64,000 bases of DNA from Basidiobolus meristosporus CBS 931.73 (lineage: Eukaryota > Fungi > Basidiobolomycota), in assembly GCA_002104905.1 (NCBI GenBank), contig MCFE01000108.1:62001-126000 (forward strand), in the 5' to 3' direction. The notes under the pieces are model-generated. The model saw nothing but the letters and a program-made list of their open reading frames with translations. It did no database searches and was not told the DNA's origin. The position numbers and the translations under genes were made by a program. Of this stretch, positions 23,608 to 35,250 are shown piece after piece (within the stretch, counting starts at the first letter, position 1; every line of letters begins with the position of its first letter).

Positions 23608-26600
23608 TTAGATTGCTTTGAATTGCTCACATTTGTAATGATCCCAACAACCCTTTTTTTTTGCGATCCAAATCAAGCCATAGCAAATCAGTGATCATCA
23701 AATTTTTGATATAAGGAATATCAAGGTTGTCTCACATTTGCAACAGAACCCCTATAAATAAACACCCTACATATATACGTCATCTATAATACCAGTGCAG
23801 CTATTGGATCTGTTTTGCACCTACACAATTGCTTGCGTGCTAGCTATGACACCTTGCCCAATCACTAGGATCAGGGATTTACTTGCTCAATGGGCAAAAT
23901 GGGTTATTTGATGGCAAATCAGGTAGCTTTTTCAGTAGTCAATGAGCCAATTGGGGGCTGCCAGCTTTGGGATACTTTTGGACCAATTAACCACTGAGAA
24001 ACCATCCAATTGGAGTGAGGGTAACCAAAACGGTAAGTATCAGTGTAGTTTATAGTGTGATACACATTTATTTCCATTTACATTAAAGTAACATATCCAA
24101 ATACCGGATTTTACCTGCCATTATAGCGGTATCCAATTGCGCACGTGATGCAAACATTACAAGTTGGCGCAATCATCCGCGCCAACCTCACCGTGTCAGA
24201 TTGTGCCATAGTGTGCGAGATTGTCCCGCATAGTGCAAAATTTTCCAAGAACAATCCTGCCTTCTGGTAGCTATAATATCGCGCCCAATCATTCTTTGCA
24301 ACCGCGTATTGTGCCACGCGCCCTGGCATGGTACGATGGAACAAGTCTAATAGTAAAGTTGGGATCTGTTGTACTTTGAATCCAACACTTGCTGAAATTC
24401 AAACTCTTGGTGTTTGTCTACTTGGATGGCTGGGGGATTTGCTGGGTGCTGGTTGGGTAGAGTACTTTAATGGAGTGGTTCTAACAGGGACACATGAAAT
24501 GTGTCATGATTTTCATATGTGGTGGCAATTGTAGTTGGTATACAATTGGACTAAGTTTCTTCTTCATCTTGAATGGCCTTAGTTTCTTGTAGTGTAATTT
24601 GTCACAAGGGTGGCTGGTAAAAATGTTTCTTCTCAGGAGCCATACTGAATCTCCTTCATTAAGCTTGGGGCTAGGCTGCTGTTTGTTGTCTGCAAACTTC
24701 TTGTACCCCTCATGGGCTAAAGGTATTTCTTTCATGAGTGTTTTTGGATTTCTAGAATTGCTGACACATGTTCAGCCACTGGGGGGCTAGTAGGGCTTAT
24801 TGGAATCTGAATATCAAATTGCAGATGAAAACCATGATTTGCATAGAATGGTGTGAGACCAGTTGCACTATGACATGAGTTGTTGTGGGCAAATACTGCC
24901 AGCAGTAGCAGCTGGGTCCAGTTCTCTTGCTGATAGTTGACAGAGCACCAGAGGTATTGTTCAAGGATCTGGTTGATTCTGTCTCTCTGACCATCTGATT
25001 GAGGATGAAAAGCAATTCAGAGCTTGCCTTGTACACCAAGATATTGCATGAAGCATTTCCAGAATTCTGATATGAGCCAGGGTACTCTATCAGATACAAT
25101 GTCACTTGGGATACCATGGAACCAGAAAATGTCCTTGATTACTAGGTAGGCAGTCTCCTTGGCATCTATATTCTTGGATCAGGGATTGAAGTGAGCCATC
25201 TTTGTGAGTCTATCTCATCATGGTGAAAGTGGATGATCTATAATGGGGTATCAAGATTTGGGACAAACAGTTGGTGCCGGTGATAGATGATATCATTGGC
25301 TAGATGTAGGTGTTGGAGTATGAAAACTTGGGTGGTGGTTCAGAGGGAGACTTGTGGTATTTCTTGATTGTTGCCACTGTGGAGTTGGTGGCTTGGCTGG
25401 TCTTGACTTTCTAAGGGAATAGAGGAGCTATAGTACTGGAGAATTGGGTTGCAAGGAGCTCCAAATGTCTTTTGTGGAGTACAGGGTTTTCATTTGCCAA
25501 TACAAGGGACTACTCCATCTTTCTGGACAGGGCATCAGATTTTCCTTATTTCACACCAGATCCATAGGTACTGACAAAGTTAAAGCTAGACAGAAAAAGG
25601 GACCATCTGGCTTTTCTCAGGTACAGTACTTTTGAGGTGGTAACATACTCAAGGTTCTTGTGGTCACAGAAGATTGTTATCTTTTGAGCTGCACCATTAA
25701 GCTACTGTCTCCATTGTTTGTTGGTAACAATGATTGCAAGTGGTCCCTTGTCATAGATATCATAGTTGACTTCAGCTGGAGTAAATTTTTGCAAGTAGAA
25801 TGCATTAGGGTGTAGCACATTCATGTCATCATACTGGGGAAGGATGGCACCAAGGGCATAGGGTTAGGGAAAGGAAAGGTCTCTCAAGGTCAGGGTGGGC
25901 AAGCAGTGGGGCACACGGGAAGGATTGCTGATAGAATCATAGGACTCAGACTATTCCTTATTCCAGGCAAAGGGCACATTTTTCTGGGTGAGCTTTGTCA
26001 CAGGAGTGACTATCTTGGAGTAGTTGGCAATGAATCTGCTGTAGAAGTTGGCAAATCCAAGGAAGGATTGGACTTCTTTTACAGAGCGGGGAGTTGGCCA
26101 GAATTGGATGGCTTCTACTTTCTTGGGGGCCATTCTTGTTCCATTTGAGCTTATAAGATAACCTAGGAACTCAACTTCTTTCTGGTTAATCTCACATTTC
26201 TCCAGCTTGGCATAGCAGCTAGTGGTTTCAAACTTAGTTAAGACTTTCTTCACATGGGAATTATGTTCTTCTTGAGTCTTGGAGTAGATCAGGATATCAT
26301 CAAGGTATATAACCACAATTAGTCAAGGCACTCCCAAAACGTATCATTCATCTGGTGTTGAAAGACAACTGGGGCATTGGTAAAGCCAAATGGCATTACT
26401 TTATATTCAAGGTGACCATATCTTGTTCTAAAGGCAGTTTTCCATACATTGCCAGGCTTGATCCTGACAAGATTATAAGCTCCTCTAAGGTCAACTTTAG
26501 TAAATACTTTGGTAGTGAAGAGCTGATCCAACAGGGTGCTGATCATGGGTAAAGGGTACTGGTTCTTGATTGTGATCTTATTCAGCTCACAGTAGTCTAC

Positions 26601-27718
26601 ACACATTCTTAGGGTACCATCCTTTTTCAACAAAGAGGATTGGGGCACCAGCTGGGGACTTAAAGTGCTGAATAAAACCTTTCTGGAGGTTTTCTTGGAC
26701 ATAGCCATGGAGCTTTTTCAACTCAGGTTGCAGGAGGTAATAGATAGGGCCAAAAGGTGGGGTTTTTCCATCTTCAAAGTCAATGGGACAGAATAGGGTC
26801 TATGTGCTGGGAGTAGTTCTGCTTTGATCTTATCAAAGACATGGCTAAACTCTTGGTACTTTGTAGGTAATCCATTTGAGGGGGTTTCTTCATGGATGCT
26901 GGGTTCTTGTATCTGGGGTAGCTTGGGGAGAGATACTTCTTCACTTGAAAAGTCAGGTGCTTGCACGGATTTGACCTTATGGACTCTGGGAAATGTCAGG
27001 GTTTTGTTCTTCCAGTTGATAGCTGGGTTATGGTGACTAAGCCAGGAGCTTCCAAGGACTATGGAGTAGTGGGGAGAGCTGATGACGTTAAGGCTAATGT
27101 CTTGTGGTGACAAGTACTGGACTGCTGGAGTAGACATGTCTCATGGGTAACAGCACTGGAGAGGGATCTTCCATCAATAGCTTCTACTTGGACAGGACAG
27201 GATCTCAGGATAGCAGGGTTTTTGTGCTTCTGGACAAACGACTGGTCAATGAAACTGGAGGAAGCACCAGAATCTTTGAGGGCAAGGACATGGACAGGCC
27301 TGTATTCAGGGATATGGATGTTGACAGGCATTCTTAAGGACTGGATGGACTTGGTAGTGTATGATGTTTCTTGAATGTGTTGAATTCTCATTGAAGGGTT
27401 CAGTTGCAAGCCTGTCATTTTAACTGGACACTGGAGTTTCCCAAAAATTCAGGAGAAGGCTGTTCACTTGATGATTGCAGGAGTTTAAAGCTAGACTACT
27501 TGTTGGGAAAAGACTTGGCAAGATGACCTGGTTGGCCACAGCAAAGGCAGATATTAGCCAATAATCTTACAAAGATAAAGTATCTTTGCCTTTAGAGGAC
27601 AGGACAAGGGAAAGATTCAGGGTGATACTTATGGTAGGTACTCCTTTAAAAGTTCTTCTCAAGAACTTTTGGTGGAAGGCAGAGATCCACAGGTAAGTCA
27701 AGAGTAGTCTGATAAAAC

Positions 27719-30700
27719 TGTTATGAATAGACACCAGGCAGGAGAGTAAGGCTAGGCAAGGCAGGACCTTGAGAGGACTTAGGTGTGGATCAACAAGGCA
27801 AGGCATATTTTCAAGGCAAGGCATATTTTCAAGGCAAGGCTGTTTATTCAAGACCTGTGTTTATCAGACTGAGGAATACATAAGGGGGGATAGGACTATA
27901 TATACCTCTTGGCAATATGGATGCCAAGAAATATGGGCTAATACTGATGGGGTTCTGGGGTGAGGCACAGTAAGTGGACTTGTTCCATTGTACCGTGCCA
28001 GGGTGCGCAGTGCAATCTGTGGTTGTTAAGAACAATTGGGCACAATATTATAGCTACCAGAAGGCAGGATTGTTCTTAGATAATTTGCACTATGTGGGAC
28101 AATCTTGCACACTATGGCACAATCTGACACAATGAGGTTGGCACAGATGATTGCGTCAACTTGTAATGTTTGCATCATTTGCGCAATTGGACACAGCTAT
28201 TATGGCATGTAAAATCCGTTATGTGAATATGTTTCTTTAATGTAAATGGAAATAAATGTGTATCACACTATAAACTACACTGATACTTACCATTTTGGTT
28301 GCCATCACTCCAATTGGACGGTATGTCAGTGGCTAATTGGTCCAAAAGTATCCTGAAGCTGGCAGCCCCCAATTGGCTCATTGACTACTAAACAAGCTAC
28401 CTGATTTGCCATCAAATATCCCATTTTGCCCATTAAGCAAGTAAATCCCTGATGCTAGTGATTTGACAAGGTGTCATTGCTAGCGTGCAAGCAATTGGCT
28501 AGGTGCAAAACAGATCCAGTAGCTGCATTGGTATTATAGATGATATATATATGCAGGATGCTTCTTTATAGGAGTTCTGTCTCAAATGTGAGACAACCTT
28601 GATATTACTTAAATGAAAAATTTGATGAACCCTGATTTGCAATGTCGCAATTTGGATTGCAAAAAAAAGGCTGTCGGGAACATTACAAATAATAGCAATT
28701 CAAATTAATTGCATCATCTTCCCCTGTGTTTTTTTTTCACAGGGATTACTACTGAAGCATTTGGTAGTGACTCACTTTGCACACCTATACTACTTCCTGG
28801 CTGACTATCATCTTGGCTACTTGTGTATTTGTAGCCAGTATTTTGCCTCCTAGTTGATGAGTGCAATGCTGCAGCTTGGCTACGCTGAATTGCTCCAACT
28901 GAACTGGCCTGGAGTGCCACATGCTGACATGTTCTTTTATGTACCAAGGGCTCAGGTGGTTGAGGCACTTTATGTTGGTCATCATCAGTCGGTTCACCAG
29001 AAGTAACTTGCTGATGGTCAGGTGGAACGGCACTCACAGTCGCAACTTGACATGTTGCGATGGCCCTTAGCTGAGTTGAATGTGATGCTGCATGTTGACT
29101 CAACTTGGTCCGCTCCAATAGACTTGTGTCTAAATTAGCAGTTTGGCAAGTTCTGGTAGTTTTGCTCTGAAGCGCACGCGTTGACCCAATGCATGTTGAC
29201 TCAATGCACATTGACTCAATGCGGGGTGTTCTGGTAAAGAGTGTTGGCGTAGTCTGGACTGACATGTGCTTGCACACTGTGGTTGCAAGAGATGGTAAGG
29301 AATCCAGCAAGGCATGTTGACACAATCTGGACAATATTGTGTGCAGTCTGTATTCTTCCTCCTGAAGCTCACCATCTGATTCCTCAAGGTATTCACTTAC
29401 CCTCTGTCTGATACTTTGGAGCTGTTGCCTGGATGAGTCCAGTGTATATTGCTCTCAGAAGCCACTTAGCTCTGCTAATATATCATGTTGTACATTAGTC
29501 ATTTGAGGCAAAAACTCATTTAAATATCTTTGGTTCCCAAAGTTTAGGCGCAAACAGACATGTCTGGCCCATACTGTGCAAATTGTGCGCAAAATTGTTC
29601 CCGCGCGGCTTCTTCATCAAATCCCCTCACTCTCAGCTCATTCTTGATTTCAATACTTGTCTTGTTATTTGTCTTCTTACATACATTGGCTGGCATCTTG
29701 ATGTAGAACCCATGCCACAGCTTTCTACTCAAGTTGTTCTATCTTTGTCAACTCTCTGAGGTATCTAGTTCTGCTAGATTAATCAGTTGTTCCCAGATAT
29801 CTGTATGAAGGCTCATTATAGACACTTGGGCCATACTAAAAGCATTTAGCAAGAACTTAAACGGATCCAACATTGACTATTCCAGTCCAGACTGTGCTTG
29901 TGAGGTGGGGGATGAGTTTTGTCTGGGCTGTACTAAAGATGAGTTGAGACTTGGCATGGGGACCATTGCAACGAATTTGGATACTTATACAGCAGTACAT
30001 TGGCATCAACCTGGCCTTATATGCAATATATATGAAAACTAATGTGATTGTTGAATTTTCAATATATTATGCATGATGCATCTTGGATGGCATTGACACA
30101 GATCAGATCAAATCAATTGCAGATTTCCTATTTGATTATGGACCTATGAGTAAAGCATCAATAAAAGTACCAAGGCATTGTTTGTGGATACCTTTTGCAA
30201 CATAATGATGGGATACATGGCAATTGATGGATATTTAATCATAATGCATTAATATCAGATAAATGACACATATCACCCCAAAACAAATCAAACCACCCCC
30301 ATACAATCATTCACCAATTTCAATGACTTACTCATGTGAATGGTCTTTTCTCATCAATCCCATCACTATCACTGGATTATCCTCTGACACAGTAGAGGAG
30401 ATCTATTCCAAGTACTGTGGACCATCTACCCCAATCTACTCAAAGAGATCCCTTGTTAAGCTTCTCTGCTATGACAAGAGCTATTGCCCTACAAGGTTTC
30501 ATCCCACCATCCATGGCAACAAAAGTCCTAGAAGCTTTCATTCCCAGCTGACAGCAATGGAGAACCACCTTGCAGAGTGTATGAATGACTTAGACCAAGC
30601 TGGAATACTAGGTTCAGAAGCCCCAATAGACTTCCATATCCCAGAGTGTTCAGCAACAGGTTCCATATCAGGAGTATTTTCAATACCTTCCCGGTGAGGA

Positions 30701-31685
30701 TTAACAGACCTTCTAGAGGGCAGAGGCACTTTTATTCTGGCAAGTACATGGCACACAGTGTGAAGTTTCAAGCTCTGTCTGACATTGAAGGTAACATCAT
30801 CTGGTTTAGTGGGCCATTTGCTGGAAGTAGGCATGACAATGCACTCTGGGTAGAGAATCATCCTGAATTCAGCAGAGGGGAGAAATGTATGGCAGACTTA
30901 GCCTATATAGGAGAGGATTGTCAGAGATTGGGATGTATTACAGCTTATAGGAAGCCAAGGAATGGTATGCTTAGCAGGAAGCAGAAGCTCTACAATGAGA
31001 TATTTAATCATTTCAGAGCAAGGGTAGAGCTCATATTTGGATATCTGGAGCAATTCAGCATATTGGCAGGTAAATACATAGGAAAGTCATATAAAGGAGA
31101 AAACAGCAGAATAGGTAAAATAGTTAAGATACTTATTAATGTACAGTATGCTCATACAAGAAGACATCCACTGAGAGAAATGTGTCTGGACCATTAGGAA
31201 GACTAAATAAAGCAAGGAAAGCACTACTCTGAGCAACACACGTAAGATTGAGTAAAGTTACCAGTAACTGCATCATACCACTGGCATCATGGTAAAAATT
31301 ATAGTGCCAGATAGTGCCGTAGAGTGCCAGATCAATCCGGCACTATACACAGGCTGGCACTTAGTGGCACTATCGAACAAGACAAGTCTAGTGTGCCAAG
31401 ATAGAAATATACTAGAGAACAAACTAGAATAGCACATGGGGATATGTCAGGGGTTGGCTAATCATGTGACCAGGTCATATGACATGTAACTATCATATAG
31501 GGTATGGGACTACATAAATTCCAATGGGAAGCTTCCATATAATGTTCCATTGTGTAACATTGACTTAGAGCTTTCAAGAAGTTGCTAGAATGTAGTAGAA
31601 CTTTCTAAAAGGAACATGGATTTCCGTGCTGACTTGATTTGGCTTGATAATTGGAGGCCAAGGATGACATGTGATTGTGACAGCA
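27719..31685 (-). repeat. 5' LTR of the chromovirus (~550 bp), split by PHIS copy D
   Basis: TG...CA ends; uninterrupted homolog at 41003-41530; internal 18-bp tandem (aaggcaaggcatattttc) x2.5 at ~27795-27840. Confidence 0.8.
27976..31389. mobile_element. PHIS copy D, 3414 bp, inverted relative to C, TSD AGT
   Basis: agt|GGACTTGTTCC ... GACAAGTCT|agt. The empty site cacagtaagtgtgccaag is seen (reverse complement) at ~41290. Transposase ~30323..31197 (+) is frameshifted; ORF2 (-) is broken. Confidence 0.95.
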
Positions 31686-31949
31686 ACAATGCCATGCAAT
31701 TATTGTTGCCGCACCAATTATGTCCCATTACGTTTTATAAATTTATTTAGCAGTAAAATTAGCAAAGTGCCATTGTGATCCAGTCATAAGTTTGCTTAGA
31801 GGGTCACCAATTCCAAGCTGCTGGTATTATCATGGTCTCTGAACAGGATCTTGACAGCTGATCTGGATTGGATCCACCTGCATGACCAAATTTTATTCAC
31901 AGAAAAGCTTTGAAAGTCAAAACATCTGTAAGCTGCACCAGGTACTTGA

Positions 31950-32712
31950 TAAGAATGCAGCTATGGTTAATAGTTACAAAGACAGAAAAGTATCTTGCCT
32001 GAACAGGTGCAAACTTGGGAACAACTCATATATATTCAAAGATACCTACTCTGAGTATTCCTCACAAGCAGTGCCTCCAAGGCCGGTTGGTGGCCAGCAC
32101 AGTTTCCTAGGAGTGTCCTGCAGTCTGGGATTAATGGTTCAGGTTGCAGCAAGTAGAAACAATCATACTAATCAACAAGCTTGTAAACTAATAATAGGGA
32201 TGATGATATAATGTTGAGGGATTGCCTTTCTTATATACTTTTCTCATTGGCAACGTGATTACTATTCATGGTGTACCAGAAGGTTCCAAAAATCAATAAA
32301 GATCTTAAAGACATCAGAATAAGCCAAGAATGTTCTAAGTAGATGCTGGGAAGTTCCAAGAGGCACAGCACATCCAGCAAAGTAGGGGTCAGTATTCTGG
32401 AACCTGTGCAACATAGGTATACCAGATATGGAGTGAAAATGGTAAGGATGGTGACATGGTGTGGATAGGTGTGACAGGTCCTGTCATAGGTAACTGTGTA
32501 ACATAGAAGCGCTTATAGCTAGTTATCTTACATAAACTGAGGGATAATATATGCATGAAATAAGCAGTTATCATAGTTAGCTGGCTTATAGGATACTACT
32601 GAGCAGATATAACAAATGGGGTAAAATTAAAATGTGATAGTAGTGAAATAGGGAAGTACTGAATATGGGAATAAGCATATTTGTCAGTAATTGTTACTGC
32701 AAACCTGCTATA
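31950..32712. mobile_element. Diverged partial LTR of the 1.07-kb family
   Basis: Homologous to 36760-37532. Confidence 0.8.
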
Positions 32713-32719
32713 CCATCCT

Positions 32720-34600
32720 GACACCAGCATGTGTTAACGGTTACATGGCATTCATGTCAGAAAATCCCATCATTGCAAGGTGCCCATCTTGTCAGGATTC
32801 CAACACCATTGAAGGAAAACATGGCTCACACTCTTAATATATTCCAATAAAGCTCATCTGAAGAAGCTCATGCAGTTTGCTAACTATTGTGATGCTATGA
32901 AATACCACACTCAGTGTCAATCAAGTGCAAACATTCCAATATATTGGATGGCAAACAATACAAACAACTAAGAGGCAAGGGCTATGTTGAAGGTATCTAT
33001 GACCATGCCTTTGCCTTGGCACTTGGTGGATTCCTATTAACCAAGTACTGTTCCAGAGACTCCTGCTGCCCACATATTCTCATGAACATTAATTTGCTGA
33101 CATTCTACAGTATCAGAGCAAAGATCAGCTGGTTTTCTCACTGGTATCTTGGCCTAAATCACCTTCCAGCCTACTTGGTTACCTCAGTCTATTGCTGGAT
33201 GAAGTTTGTATGCTCTCCAGCAGGATACTATTAAATTGTCACTATATAAAAGTATATATTAGTATCTGCATTGAAGATTCCCCAGCCCTCAGCAAGATAG
33301 CCAGCTTTTCTGGGCACAATGGAGTGTATTGCTGTCAAATGTGTGAAATCCAGAGGATTTATTCCATATCTAACACACATTATTATTACAATACCAACAT
33401 TAAGAACATCATCTTCCCACAGAAAGAACATATAGAGGTCAGCATGACATTGCAGCAAAGCTGGCAAGCTTTAAGCCATAGGCCAGAATATGGAGTTGAT
33501 TGGAAACTAGTGATACTCAAGATATAGGGTATATGTTGGGGCATAAGCTTTCCATTGGGAGAGATGCATTTGTTCTTCAGCAATATTGCTGTACTCATGA
33601 CCAAGCTGTACAAGGGGCATTTCAGGCTGAATGAGCTCATTCAGATACCACAGAAATCTGAAAGAATTGCCAAGATATTATAAATATGTTCCAATATAAG
33701 GGCAAGGTCTACAAGAACTGGATATGCATTTATTCAAGTGGCCTTCTGATGCTACTTCTATCAATGGTACATTGTAAACATAGGGATTCCTATTTAGTCA
33801 TGTAGGAGTATCAATCCAGTAGCAGATCACCAATCCAAACCAAATGCATCTATTACTTTTATGCAAGGAGTTTGTGACAGGAATTGAGTTACTGTACTAC
33901 AAGCATAAAGTCAAACCCATAGATCACTGCTACTACAGTACTCATTTTCTACTCCTTCTTGCTTGATGCATGGAAAATATTGAGCCTGGCATCACCTGTT
34001 GGGAATATGCTACTTATGCACTTGCATTAAGAAGCTAAGGAGCCACAATGCATGGGTAATCAGTTAAGTAATGCAAAGCTGGGTTGAGTGCGCAAACCAA
34101 TTTATTTTTATTAGGACAAATTTACCATTGTATGGCAGGTTTCTGCTGGCTACAAGCCAATTTCTATACTATTCAATACAAGATTGACTCATACAAAAGC
34201 CAGAGCACACATCTAAGGAGGACTGCAATCCAGCAGGGAGAGGGAATACATTTGCTGAGTACTAACAAATGCTTTGCAGATATTAAGGAGGTATTTATGG
34301 CAAGAGTGATGGTAACCAAGCATATGTTTGCAACATGAGTATATTAGCAGCATTACAACATATATGGCAACTCTGCAAGTATCACACTGAGAAGCTGTAA
34401 GGTAGAGGTGATAGAAGCTTGTTAATTGCAGTGGGTGTATGTAGATGCAGAGGTTAGTAAGCAGGGGGCCATAGTTTTTGTTATTCATGCTATCTGTGGA
34501 ATAGCCAAAGTGGTAGTGGGAAAGTAAATAAACAGGTGTGACTCTACAGTGAAGTATGTGAATGAAGAATGCATTAAACTGTTGGAATGCCATTCAATTC
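32720..34600 (+). pseudogene. tnp2-family (CMC/CACTA-like) transposase relic
   Basis: LDGKQY...ALGGF, EDSPALSKIASFSGHNGVYCCQMCEI, MHLFFSNI and LLYYKHK motifs, with stops and frameshifts. Confidence 0.85.
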
Positions 34601-35250
34601 TTGTCAAAACGCCACTTAAACACCATCAAGGTTTTTCCTTTACTTGGCAGTAAGATCAGCAGAATGCCATTACAATCCAGTCATAAGAATGTGTGGAGGG
34701 CCAATAATTCCAAGCTGCTGGTATCACAATGAGCTCATTGCAGAAATCTCACAGCCAATCTGGATATGATCCACCTGCAGGACCAAAATATTTCTCAGAG
34801 GGCAAGCTCAAATGTAACCGAGATGATAGGCAGCAAGGAAGAAGCTTAGATGTGCAAATGAAGTCTCTACCAGATGCTGCTGTAGTAGTTGATGTGAGAA
34901 AGAAAACTAGAAGATGATGTAATCATATTAAGTTGCTATTGTTAGTTGTAATACAAACAATGCAATATTTTTTGTGATATTTTAGTCAAACCATCATGAT
35001 CTATTGATAACTATGCTTTGATACAAGTACCATCAAGGTTGTCTCATACTTAATACCAATACCCTAAGAACATACACCCTGCATGTATATATATCACAAT
35101 CAACACCAGTAGAGCTATCTGACCTTTCTTTCAGCTGCACAATTGAACAAGTACTGGCTATGAAGCCTTGTCAAACCACTAAAATCAGTGATATACTTGT
35201 GTAGTGGACTGAATTGGATATTTGATAGCAAATTGGGTACCCTGTATATA

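Larger units (their letters stand above)
20920..24348. mobile_element. PHIS copy C, 3429 bp, the best preserved copy, TSD AAT
   Basis: aat|AGACTTGTTCC ... GGAACAAGTCT|aat; head-to-head transposase and ORF2. Confidence 0.96.
19735..31685 (-). mobile_element. Ty3/Gypsy chromovirus (5' LTR, deleted gag, PR-RT-RH-IN-chromodomain; 3' LTR missing) with three nested insertions
   Basis: Zinc-knuckle remnant CLCCGQPGHL ~27505-27555; protease LKDSGAS (27059..27418); RT LRMCVDY and YLDD (25951..26708); RH/IN to ~24480; reconstructed chromodomain from 24406 to 19735. Confidence 0.92.

Noticed and set aside
27567-27851. ORF with (PCLENM) repeats
   Set aside because: Translation of an 18-bp tandem repeat inside an LTR.
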